Below, piece after piece: positions 1-11,406 of a stretch of 64,000 nucleotides of DNA (position 1 is its first letter; every line of letters starts with the position of its first letter). The position numbers were made by a program, and so were the translations under genes. The notes under the pieces were generated by a model. It searched no databases. It saw only the letters and a list, made by a program, of their open reading frames with translations, and was not told the origin of the DNA. Source of the stretch: an uncultured Pelagibacteraceae bacterium (lineage in GTDB: Bacteria; Pseudomonadota; Alphaproteobacteria; Pelagibacterales; Pelagibacteraceae); assembly GCA_902517745.1 (NCBI GenBank), contig CABYDS010000003.1, positions 33,022-97,021 of the forward strand, in the 5' to 3' direction.

Positions 1-345
1 ATAAAAAAACACAATGTAGATCCAATTTATTTTGATGTAGAATTAAATGAAAATAAAACTTTTAATCATCAAATTCCATCCACACACAATTCATTCATAT
101 ATTTAATTGAAGGTGAGATAGAAATTGGAAACAATAAACATGAAAGTGTTAAAGACTCTACTTTAATTTTATTATCTAGAGGTGAAAACTTGAAAGTAAA
201 CGCTTTAACAAACGCTAAATTTTTACTAATATCTGGAAAACCGATAGGAGAACAGATTGCAAGAGGCGGCCCATTCGTCATGAATACCAAACAAGAAATA
301 CTTCAAGCAATTGATGATTACCATAATGGTAATTTCGTAAAGTAA
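1..345 (+). CDS. Pirin family protein, C-terminal part (5' truncated by window edge)
   Basis: Frame +1 is open from base 1 to TAA 343-345 and reads ...KFLLISGKPIGEQIARGGPFVMNTKQEILQAIDDY..., the pirin C-terminal GPFVMNT motif. Not in the ORF track. Confidence 0.9.
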   Translation: MKKHNVDPIYFDVELNENKTFNHQIPSTHNSFIYLIEGEIEIGNNKHESVKDSTLILLSRGENLKVNALTNAKFLLISGKPIGEQIARGGPFVMNTKQEILQAIDDYHNGNFVK

Positions 346-347
346 AT

Positions 348-1321
348 ATGAAAGCTATAAGATTTGAAAAGTTTGGAGGTCCAGAAGTCTTAGAATACAA
401 GGATATTGAAATTGGTAAACCTGGTCCAAAGGAAATTTTAGTTAAAAATTTGTCAGTTGGGCTTAATTATATTGATGTTTACCATCGAACAGGTTTGTAT
501 CCGATTGAATTACCTAGTGGACTTGGATTAGAAGCATCTGGAGTAGTAGAAGAAATTGGATCAGAAGTAAGTCTTTTTAAAGTTGGAGATCGAGTAAGTC
601 ATGCATCTGCTCCAATAAATGGGTACTCGGAAAAACAAATAATGCCCGAAGAAAAATTAGTCACGGTGCCAGAAGGTATTTCAGATGAAATAGCTTCTTG
701 TATTTTATTAAAAGGCATAACATCAGAATATTTATTACACAGATCATATGCTGTAAAAAAAGGAGATAAAGTTTTATTTCATGCTGCTGCTGGTGGTGTG
801 GGTCAAATATTGTGCCAGTGGGCTAATGCATTAGGATGTGAAGTAATTGGAACGGTTGGATCTAAAGAAAAAGTTGAAATAGCAAAAAAAAATGGATGCC
901 ATCATGTTATCAATTATACAGATCATAATTTTGTCGAAGAAGTTGAAAAAATAGTAGGTAAAAACGGAATAGATGTCGTCTATGATGGTGTTGGAGCAAA
1001 AACTTTTGAAGGATCAATAGAATGTTTAAAAATTAGAGGGATGATGGTAGCATTTGGAAATGCATCTGGATATGTTCACACTATAGATGTCAAAAAACAT
1101 ATAAATACAAAAGGTCTTTTTTTTACAAGACCGTCAATAATGCATTATACAATTACAAGAGATGAATTAGAAAAATCTGCTAAATTAGTTTTTTTGATGC
1201 AGTTCTCTCAGGGAAAATAAAAATTGAAGTTTCTAAAAAATATAAATTAAGTGAAGCTAAACAAGCTCACATAGATTTAGAAAATAGGGTTTTAACAGGA
1301 CCAGCAATTATTATTCCTTAA
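348..1321 (+). CDS. qor: NADPH:quinone oxidoreductase (zeta-crystallin/MDR family), frameshift at T-run 1189-1195
   Basis: GLNYIDVYHRTGLYP and HAAAGGVG motifs. After the T7 run the shifted frame continues DAVLSGKIKIEVSKKYKLSEAKQAHIDLENRVLTGPAIIIP* to 1321, the normal Qor C-terminus. Confidence 0.88.
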
Positions 1322-1718
1322 ATTGATCATCCATATCTGAAAGATGAAGTCTTAACGCTCTAGTCGAGATTTGTATTTCTCTTATAAAAAATATTATTGA
1401 TACCATCATCGATAAACAACAAGAGCCAAAAATTATTCTAGCTAAAAAATATGTCTCCAAATAAAGAGCAAAAACAGTAAGCATATTAAATAAGAAACCA
1501 AATGCTGCAAAAAGTATAGTAATCCTTAAATTTTTTACTCTATCATTTAGGTTAATTAGCTGCTGCTTCCACTCTGGTGGAGTATGCTTTTCAAAAACAT
1601 ATTCGTCGTGTATTTTTCTTATCAAACCACTTAATGTATGAAATCTGTTACTATAGACAGCCATAATTAAAGGAATAGCGGGAAACATTAATGCGGTAAC
1701 AGTGTAATCAATATTCAT
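1311..1718 (-). CDS. DUF2721-like small membrane protein
   Basis: 135 aa, 3 hydrophobic segments; PAIPLIMAVYSNRF...L..LIR pattern resembles DUF2721. Confidence 0.7.
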   Translation of the reverse strand: MNIDYTVTALMFPAIPLIMAVYSNRFHTLSGLIRKIHDEYVFEKHTPPEWKQQLINLNDRVKNLRITILFAAFGFLFNMLTVFALYLETYFLARIIFGSCCLSMMVSIIFFIREIQISTRALRLHLSDMDDQFKE

Positions 1719-1767
1719 GCGAATCAGTTTGATTATGAATCTACGCTTTGTTATTTACAAGTAAATT

Positions 1768-2637
1768 ATGTCTGAAAAGGTTAAAATTTTTATTGAATTA
1801 ACAAGACTTAATAAACCAATTGGTTTCATGCTTCTATTTTGGCCATGTGTTTGGGGTTTAACAATTTCATATGATTTTTCTCTTCCTTTAAATACTTATT
1901 TTACTTATGCTTTTTTATTTTTTTCCGGATCCGTTCTTATGAGATCAGCAGGATGTATTGTTAACGATATAAGTGATAGAAAAATTGATAAGTTAGTCGA
2001 AAGAACAAAAAATAGACCAATCGCTTCAGAAAAAATTTCAGTATTTAATGCTGCAATGTATGCCGCAATCTTATGTTTGATCGCATTTTTAGTTTTGATA
2101 AATTTTAATAAATTTACAATTTATATGGCTCTTCTCTCAATGCCATTAGCTTTCACATATCCATTAATGAAAAGATTAACTTACTGGCCTCAACTTTTTT
2201 TAGGTATTACTTTTAATTATGGTCTAGTTTTGGCATGGATATCCATTCAAAATGAAGTTTCTATTATACCAATTATATTTTATTTAGGAGCCACATTTTG
2301 GACATTAGGTTACGACACAATATATGGATATCAAGATATTAATGATGATGAAATAATTGGAGTTAAATCAACATCGATTAAATTTAAAAATAACCCAAAA
2401 AAATTTATATCGTTTTGTTACATTGTATTTTTAATATCATTGTATCTTGTTGGTTATAAAATGAATTTTAATTATTTATATTACATTGCTTTGATAGTAC
2501 CTTTAACTCATTTGTTAATTTTTCAATCTCTTAAATTAAAAACTGAAAATGGGGAAGATTGCTTAGCAAAATTTAAAAGCAATAATTTTTTAGGTCTTAT
2601 TATATTAATAATTTTGTTGGTGGGAAAATTAACTTAA
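1768..2637 (+). CDS. ubiA: 4-hydroxybenzoate polyprenyltransferase
   Basis: RLNKPIG, MRSAGCIVNDISDRKIDKLVERTKNRPIAS and YDTIYGYQD motifs; multi-TM. Confidence 0.95.
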   Translation: MSEKVKIFIELTRLNKPIGFMLLFWPCVWGLTISYDFSLPLNTYFTYAFLFFSGSVLMRSAGCIVNDISDRKIDKLVERTKNRPIASEKISVFNAAMYAAILCLIAFLVLINFNKFTIYMALLSMPLAFTYPLMKRLTYWPQLFLGITFNYGLVLAWISIQNEVSIIPIIFYLGATFWTLGYDTIYGYQDINDDEIIGVKSTSIKFKNNPKKFISFCYIVFLISLYLVGYKMNFNYLYYIALIVPLTHLLIFQSLKLKTENGEDCLAKFKSNNFLGLIILIILLVGKLT

Positions 2638-4380
2638 TGAAAAATATTGATATAGTAAAAAGATTATATAATGACTATACATCAAAACATCTTAACAAAA
2701 TAATTCTTGCTATATTTTTTTCTATTTTGGTTGCTGGTGCCACATCTGCAACAGCATGGTTACTCGATCCTGCAATAGAAAAAATATTTATAAATAAGGA
2801 TCAAACTTTAATTTTTGTAATTCCACTTTTAATCATAATAGCTTTTGCTACCAAAGGTATATCTTTATATTTAGCAAAAATTTTGATGATAAAAACAGCT
2901 GAAGAAGTAAAAAAGAATATTCAAATTGATATGCTATCTTCTTTTATTAAATCTGACACTGAAAAAATTGAAGATAAACACTCAGGAAAATATATTTCAA
3001 ATTTAAACTTTGATGTAAATCAAATAACTGGAATGTTAAGTAATGCAGTTTTAAACTTATTTAAAGATGGATTAACTCTTATTGGTTTATTATTTGTAAT
3101 GTTTTTTCAAAATTGGAAACTTTCTCTTATAGCCTTGATAATGCTTCCTATAGCATCAATTACTGCTAAAAAGTTAGGTAAACGTATTGTAAAAGTTGCA
3201 ACAGAAGCACAAGAAAAATCAGGTGATTTAAACAAATATTTAATTGATCTTTTTAAAAACCATAAAATTATAAAAATCTTCCAAAGAGAAAATTACGAGA
3301 ATGAAAGATCAGAAAAATTTGTAAATGATCTTAAAGAAAAAACAATAAAAATTCATAGTGTATTTATAAGGTCAACACCTATTATGGAAGTTGTAACTGG
3401 AATTATGATTGCAATATTAATTTTTTATTCTGGTAGATTAATTATGAATGATCAGTTGAGTATAAATAATTTCTTTTCTTTTTTAGCTGCAATGATGCTA
3501 GCATATCAACCAGTTAAATCTTTGGCGAACGTAAATGTTGCTTTTGGTCAAGGTTTGTCTGCCGGAAAAAGAATACTACCCATTATAGATCAAGAAAATA
3601 CAATATTGGTTAATGAAAATGGAAATTTATTAGAGATAAAAGATGCTTCCATAGAATTTAAAAATATTAATTTTAGTTATAAATCAAACCTTAAAAATAT
3701 TGTTCTTAAAAATATTAATATCGATATTGTTGGAAAAAAAAATGACAGCTTTAGTAGGTCATAGTGGATCTGGGAAATCTACTTTATTAAATTTGATACC
3801 AAGAATTTATGATGCTGATTCAGGTGAGATCACAATAGATAATCAAAAAATAAAAAGCTTAAATCTGCACTCATTAAGAAAAGAAATATCTATAGTTGAT
3901 CAAAATACCACTCTTTTTGATGATACTATTTTTAATAACATTAAGTACGCAAAACCAGATGCAAATAATGATGAAATTTTAAGCGCTGCAAAAATATCAA
4001 TGTGTACTGATTTTATAGAAAAACTAGATGATAAATTCCAGACAGTAATTGGAGAAAATGGTGTGAAATTGTCTGGCGGGGAGAAACAAAGACTTTCGAT
4101 TGCTAGAGCACTGTTGAAAAACAGCAAAATAATACTTTTAGATGAAGCAACATCATCACTCGACTCTGAAACTGAAGAAAAAATACAAAAGGCAATAGAA
4201 GAATTGACAAAAAATAAAACAACCATAGTTATTGCACATAGACTATCAACAATTCTCAATTCAGAAAGAATTTATGTAATTGATAAAGGATCGGTAGAGT
4301 CATCTGGAAAACATGATGAGCTAATAAAAAATTCATCACTTTATAAAAATTTCTATGAAAGGCAGATTAAAAATAATTAA
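2637..4380 (+). CDS. msbA: MsbA-type lipid A flippase ABC transporter, frameshift (+1 A) at A-run 3734-3742
   Basis: TMD ORF 2637-3764 and NBD ORF 3700-4380 (GHSGSGKST, LSGGEKQR, LLDEATS) join if one A is removed; adjacent to waaA/lpxK. Confidence 0.85.
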
Positions 4381-5609
4381 TGTATTTTTTATACAATATA
4401 TTTGGAATCATTTTTTTTTTAATCTCACCGTTTATATTATTTATCAGAATAGCTAATGGAAAAGAGGATTCAAAAAGAATTTTGGAAAAATATTCTTATT
4501 ATAATAAAAAAAATTCTGATACTACTTTATGGTTTCATGGTTCAAGTGTTGGTGAAATCATGAGTATTCTCCCTTTGATAAATGAGTTTGAAAAAGATAA
4601 ATCTATTAAGAGAATTTTACTTACATCCTCTACTGTAAGTTCTGCTTCAATAATTAAAAAAAAATCATTAAAGAAAACAACTCATGTTTATTACCCATTT
4701 GATATTGGATTTATATGTAATAATTTTTTAGATAAATGGAGACCAAAAATAGCAATTTTTGTAGATTCTGAAATCTGGCCAAATATGTATAAAAAAATAA
4801 ATTCAAGAAAAATTCCTCTGATTTTAATTAATGCTAGGATAACGAGTAAAAGTTTTAAAAAATGGCAAATTTTTCCATCCTTTGCAAAGGATATTTTCAA
4901 TAAAGTAACTATTGCTTTGCCTCAAAATCAAGAAACAAAAAATTATTTAAAAAAATTGGGAGTTAAAAATATTAAATTTATAGGAAATTTAAAGTATTTT
5001 AAAAATGTTAGACAAAACTCTAAAACAAATATCCAAAAGTATTTTAAAAATAGAAAAGTGTTATGTGCTGCTAGCACTCATTATAATGAAGAGAAAATCA
5101 TAGGAAAATTACATTTGAAATTAAAGAAAGATTTTAAGAATTTAATTACAATATTAGTTCCAAGACATATAAATAGATCAGAAGAAATAAAGCAAGAACT
5201 TAAAAAATTAAAACTAATAGTTATTGAGAGATCAAGTGGACTTAAGCCTTCAACTGATTGTGATGTATACATCGTTGATACTTACGGAGAAATGTCAAAT
5301 TTTTTAGGGCTTTCAAATGTAACATTTATCGGAGGGTCTATGGTAAACCATGGAGGACAAAATCCATTAGAAGCTGTAAGAATGGGTAATTATGTGATGC
5401 ATGGAAAAAAAGTAAATAATTTTAAAGAAATATATAAGGAATTAAAAAGTTTAAAAATATCCTCAGAGGTTAAAAATTTTGATCAAATGGCAAAAGTATT
5501 TAAAAAAAATCATAATTACAAAATATCAAATAGAAAACTTAATAAAATTAATTATTTAGGGGCTAAAATTTTTAAAAATAACGTTAAAGAAATTAAAAAT
5601 TATTTATAA
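4380..5609 (+). CDS. waaA: 3-deoxy-D-manno-octulosonate (Kdo) transferase
   Basis: WFHGSSVGE, SEIWPN, INAR, VPRH, VDTYGE and GGS..HGGQNPLE motifs. Confidence 0.93.
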   Translation: MYFLYNIFGIIFFLISPFILFIRIANGKEDSKRILEKYSYYNKKNSDTTLWFHGSSVGEIMSILPLINEFEKDKSIKRILLTSSTVSSASIIKKKSLKKTTHVYYPFDIGFICNNFLDKWRPKIAIFVDSEIWPNMYKKINSRKIPLILINARITSKSFKKWQIFPSFAKDIFNKVTIALPQNQETKNYLKKLGVKNIKFIGNLKYFKNVRQNSKTNIQKYFKNRKVLCAASTHYNEEKIIGKLHLKLKKDFKNLITILVPRHINRSEEIKQELKKLKLIVIERSSGLKPSTDCDVYIVDTYGEMSNFLGLSNVTFIGGSMVNHGGQNPLEAVRMGNYVMHGKKVNNFKEIYKELKSLKISSEVKNFDQMAKVFKKNHNYKISNRKLNKINYLGAKIFKNNVKEIKNYL

Positions 5610-6534
5610 TGAAAGTAAAAAGACCCATTTTTTGGGATAGTTTCAATTTTATATCATTATTGCTCTTACCATTTAGTTTCATAACAATTATTTTTAATTT
5701 TTTTTAAATCTTTAACTTTTAAAAAATTTTTCAAAATAAAAACAATCTGTGTTGGAAATATTTATTTAGGCGGAACAGGAAAAAACACCTTTAGTTTTAA
5801 AAATAAACGATATTTTAAAATATAAGTTTAAAACTGTGTTTATAAAGAAAAAATATATTGATCAAATTGATGAACAAAATATTTTATCAAAATATGGAAA
5901 TCTAATTTGTTTAAGTTTTAGAGATATCGCGCTTAAAATTGCTGAACAAAAAAAATACCAATTAGCTATTTTAGATGATGGTTTACAAGATAAAAGTTTA
6001 AATTATGATATTTCGATTGCTTGCTTTAATAGTTCAGAGCTAGTTGGAAATGGACTAGTTTTGCCTGCTGGGCCATTAAGGGAAAGAGTTAAAAATATTT
6101 TAAATTATGATGTTGCATTTCTTAATGGTGAAAAAAATAATAAAAGTTTCGAAAAAACTTTAAAGAAATTAAATCCAAATTTAAAAATATTTAAAGCGAA
6201 ATACTCTCCTAAAAATCTTAAGTCTTTTAAATTTAAAAATAACTTTCTAATTTTTTCAGGCATAGGTAATCCTTTGGAATTTCAACAAACATTAAAAAAA
6301 TATAATTTTAAGATAAAAAAATTCATGACTTTTCCTGACCATTATAAATATAAAAGTTCTGATATAAATAATATAAAAAATATAGCTATGAGGAATAAAT
6401 TGAAAATTATAACAACAGAGAAAGACTACAATCGATTATCAAATATACAAAAAAAAAATATCCAATTTCTTAAAATAGAATTAAAAATTGAAAAAGAAAA
6501 AGAATTTAAAAATTTTTTATTAAAGAAATTATGA
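5609..6534 (+). CDS. lpxK: Tetraacyldisaccharide 4'-kinase, two +1 homopolymer frameshifts (T-run 5698-5705, A-run 5780-5785)
   Basis: ATG 5609 gives MKVKRPIFW; the corrected reading gives ICVGNIYLGGTGKTP. The downstream ORF has LDDGLQ, LPAGPLRE, SGIGNP, FPDH and TTEKD. Confidence 0.9.
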
Positions 6535-7391
6535 GGAAGTTTTTTTATTTAATTGAATTTATTTTAATAAAATTATTTTTTTTTATATTAATTATAATTG
6601 GTTATAAGAATGGATCCAATTTGGGATATTTTATTGGACGCTTGTTTGGGCCGATATTTAGATCAAAAAAATTGATTGAAAATAATTTGGAACAATCCGG
6701 CATTGTGGACAAAAAAAATTACAGTAAGATTATCAGGAAGATATATGGAAACTATGGAAGAATACTTGCTGAATATCCTTTTCTCAAAGGATTTAGAAAT
6801 AACCAATTAAATAAATTTATAGAAATAGATGGTCTTGAGAACCTTAATAAAATTAAAAAAGAAAAAAAACGAGTCGTTTTTATATCTGGTCATTTCAATA
6901 ATTTTGAGTTGATGGCGCTCCAAATAGAAAAAGCTGGTATAAATTTATGTGCTATTTATAGACCGTTGAATAACTTATTCCTTAACAAAACAATGGAAGA
7001 AATAAGAGAAAATTTTATATGCAAAAATCAAATTAAAAAAGGAAGATCGGGCACAAGACAGATTATTGAAAATTTAAAAAAAGGTAACTCAGTAGCTCTA
7101 ATGATAGACCAAAGAGTTAGAGAAGGTATGAAAATTAATTTTTTTGGTAAACCAGCTAGTACAACAACTATACCCGCACAGTTAATTAAAAAATATAAAT
7201 GCGATTTAGTACCTATTTACATAGAGAGAAGAAGAAACAATTATTTTAAAATGTTTGTTTCAGAACCAATTAAAATTGGGAACAATAAATCAATTAAAGA
7301 AATCACTGAACATCTTAATAAGATACTCGAAAAAATGATTTTAAAAAATGTAGACCAGTGGATCTGGACACATGATAGGTGGAAAAAATAA
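6531..7391 (+). CDS. lpxL: Lipid A late acyltransferase (LpxL/HtrB family)
   Basis: SGHFNNFE, YRP, DQ and QWIWTHDRWK motifs; N-terminal TM; located in the lipid A cluster. Confidence 0.85.
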   Translation: MRKFFYLIEFILIKLFFFILIIIGYKNGSNLGYFIGRLFGPIFRSKKLIENNLEQSGIVDKKNYSKIIRKIYGNYGRILAEYPFLKGFRNNQLNKFIEIDGLENLNKIKKEKKRVVFISGHFNNFELMALQIEKAGINLCAIYRPLNNLFLNKTMEEIRENFICKNQIKKGRSGTRQIIENLKKGNSVALMIDQRVREGMKINFFGKPASTTTIPAQLIKKYKCDLVPIYIERRRNNYFKMFVSEPIKIGNNKSIKEITEHLNKILEKMILKNVDQWIWTHDRWKK

Positions 7392-7589
7392 TCATTTTTT
7401 ATTTAATAAATCTCTTTTTATTGAAGCCTCAACATATGAAAAGTAGGCTTCCTGTTCCTCAACGTTCCAGTAAGTTAAATTTTCAAGAGGTATTTTTTTT
7501 TGTGAAATTGCACAGATCACATGATCTCCATCTTCAACTATTTCAAAATTGTTTGCTAAGTATTTTAATTTAGCTAACTTATTTAACAT
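7392..7589 (-). CDS. DUF2093 family small protein
   Basis: GDHVICAISQKKIPLENLTYWNVEEQEAY fits the alphaproteobacterial DUF2093 pattern. Confidence 0.8.
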   Translation of the reverse strand: MLNKLAKLKYLANNFEIVEDGDHVICAISQKKIPLENLTYWNVEEQEAYFSYVEASIKRDLLNKK

Positions 7590-7611
7590 ATTTAAGATAT
7601 ATATTTACTAA

Positions 7612-8877
7612 ATGAAAATTGCAATTATTGGCAGTGGGGGACGAGAGCATGCTTTAGTTAATCAATTAAGTATTTCAAAAAAAATAACAAAAATATACTC
7701 AATACCTGGTAATGCTGGTACTAAAGAAATATCTACAAATATTGATATCAATTTAGAGAATTTTCATGACTTGTATGACTTTATCAATAAAGAACAAATT
7801 GAATTAGTAGTTGTTGGTCCAGAAAAACCATTAGTCGAAGGATTGGTGGACTTCCTAGAGTCAAAAAATATTAAAGTTTTTGGTCCTAGAAAAAAAGTTG
7901 CTCAATTAGAAGGATCAAAAATATTTACAAAAGAAATTTGTAAGAAATTTAATATACCAACTGCTAAATTTAAAATTTGTAAATCCAAAGAAGATTCATT
8001 TGTATTTGTATCATCTTTCAACTTTCCTATTGTTGTAAAGGCAGATGTTCTTGCTGCAGGCAAAGGTGTTTATATTTGTCAAAATGTTGATGAGGCTAAA
8101 ACAGCTATTAATGAAATATTTGATGGTAAATTTGGGCGAGCAGATCAATTACTAATCGAAGAATTCTTAGAAGGTGAAGAGATGAGTTTTTTTATTATTT
8201 CTGATGGAATTAGTTATAAAACTTTTAATACAGCCCAAGATCACAAAAGAGTTGGCGAGGGTGATATAGGTAAGAATACAGGAGGAATGGGAGCTTATTC
8301 ACCCTCAAACTTAATTAACAATGATTTAGAAAGTAAAATTTTAAAACAAATAATTGAACCAACTTTAAAAGCTATAAGAGAAATGAATGAGAAGTATATT
8401 GGCTTTTTATATGCAGGTTTGATGGTAAAAAATAATGAACCTTACTTAATTGAATATAATGTAAGAATGGGTGATCCTGAATGTCAAACTATATTACCTT
8501 TAATTGAGAGTGATTTATTAGAAATAATAGATGCTTGTTGTAATTCAAAGTTAGAAAATCAAGAGATAAAATGGAAAAATAAAAAAAGTATGTGCATTGC
8601 ATTATGCTCTAAAGGATATCCTGAAAAATATAAAAAGAATGTCGAAATTAAAAATTTAAAAGATTTTAAATCAACTAAAGATAATTTTATTTTCCATGCT
8701 GGAACAAAAAGTTCTGGAAATAAAATTTTAGCAGTTGGTGGTAGAGTAATAAATTTTGTAAATATCTCAGATAGCTATGCATCAAGCAGAAAAGAAATCA
8801 TTAATCAGATTAAGAAATTGAATTGGAAAGATGGTTTTTATAGATCGGATATAGGTCATAAAGTCATAGATAAATGA
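7612..8877 (+). CDS. purD: Phosphoribosylamine--glycine ligase
   Basis: GSGGREHAL, QLEGSK, QDHKR...NTGGMGAYSP and EYNVRMGDPE motifs. Confidence 0.97.
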   Translation: MKIAIIGSGGREHALVNQLSISKKITKIYSIPGNAGTKEISTNIDINLENFHDLYDFINKEQIELVVVGPEKPLVEGLVDFLESKNIKVFGPRKKVAQLEGSKIFTKEICKKFNIPTAKFKICKSKEDSFVFVSSFNFPIVVKADVLAAGKGVYICQNVDEAKTAINEIFDGKFGRADQLLIEEFLEGEEMSFFIISDGISYKTFNTAQDHKRVGEGDIGKNTGGMGAYSPSNLINNDLESKILKQIIEPTLKAIREMNEKYIGFLYAGLMVKNNEPYLIEYNVRMGDPECQTILPLIESDLLEIIDACCNSKLENQEIKWKNKKSMCIALCSKGYPEKYKKNVEIKNLKDFKSTKDNFIFHAGTKSSGNKILAVGGRVINFVNISDSYASSRKEIINQIKKLNWKDGFYRSDIGHKVIDK

Positions 8878-9440
8878 GAGTAATAGGTGGAAAACTTAAG
8901 GGGAAGTTAATTCATAATCCTACAGACAAAACAACAAGACCATTAAAAGATATGGTTAGAGAGTCGATATTTAATATTTTAGAGCATTCTAGTAATGAAA
9001 AAATTAATTTCAAAAACGACATTGTTTTAGATTTATTTTCAGGTTCTGGATCATTTGGTATTGAATGTTTGTCTAGAGGAGTAAAAAAAGTCTATTTTTT
9101 TGAAAATTACAAACCTTCTATAAAAATTTTAGAGAAAAATCTTAAAGAATTAGATATTGATAAAAACTCATTCATAAATGAAATAAACGCATACGAAATT
9201 TCAACAGAAAATGTGGACAATGAGAAAATTGATTTAATTTATTTGGACCCTCCATTTAAAGATAAAAATATAAATAAGTTATTAAAAAAAATTAAAGACT
9301 TAAAAATAGCTCACAATAATACTCTAATAGTGATTCATAGAAATAAAAAGTTTAAAGAAGAATTTATTGCAGATTTTAAAGTACTGAGAGAAAAAACTTA
9401 TGGATTATCAAAAATAATATTTGGTAAGTTATTTTCTTAG
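8874..9440 (+). CDS. rsmD: 16S rRNA (guanine966-N2)-methyltransferase
   Basis: MRVIGGKLKG, TRP...VRESIFN, LDLFSGSGSFGIECLSRG and DPPF motifs. Confidence 0.93.
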   Translation: MRVIGGKLKGKLIHNPTDKTTRPLKDMVRESIFNILEHSSNEKINFKNDIVLDLFSGSGSFGIECLSRGVKKVYFFENYKPSIKILEKNLKELDIDKNSFINEINAYEISTENVDNEKIDLIYLDPPFKDKNINKLLKKIKDLKIAHNNTLIVIHRNKKFKEEFIADFKVLREKTYGLSKIIFGKLFS

Positions 9441-10604
9441 AATATTTCTCGTTTCAATTTTTATTAATTCAACAGAAGGTTGATTAATAGGATTTACATT
9501 TGATAATGTGCTTAACATTAAAGTTTCTAATATAAAAAATGTAAAAAGCTCACCAAGTGTTTCCTCATTTTTGTTAATAATTTCAAAACTTCTAAAAGAA
9601 AATTTTTTCTTACTAAATACATTTTGAGTAGCTTTTTTTTGAGCTTGTAATAACTGATCAACATTTTTTTTGTTAATATGTTTTAATTCATTAATTAAAA
9701 AATTTTTATTAAATTTAAAGGAAGATTTCTCTCTTGAACTAAAAAAACTGAAGAAATTATTTTTAGGACCATCTAAGTAAAGTTGTAGAAGACTATGATT
9801 ATCCTTTGGCATGGTAGAAATAATTGGGAAGAAGCCCCTACCTTTTTTTCCTAAACTCTCAGCAGATAATTGCTGGTACCATTTTAAAAAGTTATTCAAT
9901 TTTTCATCATAATTTAAAATTACAGAATTTTTTTTACCTCGAGTAACATTCGAGTGTATAGATGATACATTATGAATTAAATAATTTATAAAACTTTTAT
10001 TTTTTATTAAGTAATTTAATCTTTTAAATTTTTTTTCATTTAGTCCCATTAACTCAGCAGGAACCATTCCAACTTCAGACAATACTGAATATCTTCCTCC
10101 AATGTAATTTTTATGATCTATAATGTCAGATCTAATCTTGTTCGCAATTAATCTTAGTATATTTTTTTTATTTTCTGTAATTATTAAGTTATTATTTTTT
10201 TTTTGTTTAGATAAGATTAGATTTAAATTTGATACCGTCTCTAAAGTATTTCCCGATTTAGATATTACAATATTTAAACGTTTTTTTTTTGATTTTGAAA
10301 TTTTAAAATTCTGCAAGTTGCTAAAAAAGAAAAATTTTTTTTTTATTTTATGTTCAAGAAAATCATATATAGCTTGAGCGCCTAAAACTGATCCACCCAT
10401 ACCTACTAAATTAAACTCAGTATATTTTTTTAAATTTTTTAAATCTTTTTTTTTATATGAATAACTGTAATTATTTGTCAAAGATTTCAATAACGGATAT
10501 TTTTGAAACAATATTTTAAAGTTAACTAAATTAGTGAGTCTTTTTTTATTTAATAATTTTTTTTTATTACTAAAATTTTTATAAATAATACTTTTTGTCT
10601 CCAT
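9429..10604 (-). CDS. pgi: Glucose-6-phosphate isomerase (short form)
   Basis: GMGGSVLG, SKSGNTLET, GGRYSVLS, QQLSAESLGK, D.HS and NQPSVE..K motifs. Confidence 0.88.
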   Translation of the reverse strand: METKSIIYKNFSNKKKLLNKKRLTNLVNFKILFQKYPLLKSLTNNYSYSYKKKDLKNLKKYTEFNLVGMGGSVLGAQAIYDFLEHKIKKKFFFFSNLQNFKISKSKKKRLNIVISKSGNTLETVSNLNLILSKQKKNNNLIITENKKNILRLIANKIRSDIIDHKNYIGGRYSVLSEVGMVPAELMGLNEKKFKRLNYLIKNKSFINYLIHNVSSIHSNVTRGKKNSVILNYDEKLNNFLKWYQQLSAESLGKKGRGFFPIISTMPKDNHSLLQLYLDGPKNNFFSFFSSREKSSFKFNKNFLINELKHINKKNVDQLLQAQKKATQNVFSKKKFSFRSFEIINKNEETLGELFTFFILETLMLSTLSNVNPINQPSVELIKIETRNILRK

Positions 10605-10607
10605 TAA

Positions 10608-10922
10608 TTACTTAATTTTTTCTTTCATATTATTTAATAAATCAGATCCACTGCTTGAATCTTTATTATCATTATCTTTTATTTTAAGCAGATCTTTTAC
10701 ATCTTCGTTGCTTATCTGATTATTTATCTCCAAATCTTGTCCAGGAACAGGAAGCTTATCCATATCTGGAGGCATTCGCAGTGGGTTTTTTTTTTTAACT
10801 AAAAACTCATCGCTTTGTTCAGATCTTTTTTTCCCTTCAAATGCATCTTTAAAACCCGAACAATATGAAAGAAAAGGCAAAGTACAAATTAATAAAAATA
10901 TTTTAAATCTATTTTTTTTCAT
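10608..10922 (-). CDS. DUF3035-like putative lipoprotein
   Basis: Likely start [11 protein letters not shown]...LSYCSG at 10922; [16 protein letters not shown]...LPVP motif; follows lspA. Confidence 0.7.
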   Translation of the reverse strand: MKKNRFKIFLLICTLPFLSYCSGFKDAFEGKKRSEQSDEFLVKKKNPLRMPPDMDKLPVPGQDLEINNQISNEDVKDLLKIKDNDNKDSSSGSDLLNNMKEKIK

Positions 10923-11406
10923 TGTTTTTCTTATAAAATATAAATTCGATGAAAATAAGACATATAATTCCAATAGTTATAAATATATCTGCAACATTAA
11001 AAATAAACCAATGATATCCTGCATAATTTAAATCTATAAAGTCTGGAACAGCTCTGTAATAAACTCGGTCAAATAAGTTTCCTAAAGAGCCTCCTAATAT
11101 TATCATTAAAAAAAATGATTTAATTTTTGACTCAATCAAAGCGAAATACAATATTACTAAGTTTATAATGACTATAATTGCAGTAAAGATATTATAGAAA
11201 AGTTTATCTTCTGATGAAAATAAACCAAATCCTATACCTGTATTCCAAACTAAATAGATATTTAAAAATTGATTTATATAAAAATCAACTTGTCCTTCAT
11301 TATTTAAAATATTTAAAATATAAATTTTTGATAGTCTATCTAAAGCAAAGCAAATAACTATAAATATAAAGCCAATAAGAAGTTTATTTATTTTTTCATT
11401 GCCCAT
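10909..11406 (-). CDS. lspA: Lipoprotein signal peptidase II
   Basis: [23 protein letters not shown] and FNVAD motifs. Confidence 0.95.
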   Translation of the reverse strand: MGNEKINKLLIGFIFIVICFALDRLSKIYILNILNNEGQVDFYINQFLNIYLVWNTGIGFGLFSSEDKLFYNIFTAIIVIINLVILYFALIESKIKSFFLMIILGGSLGNLFDRVYYRAVPDFIDLNYAGYHWFIFNVADIFITIGIICLIFIEFIFYKKNNEKK

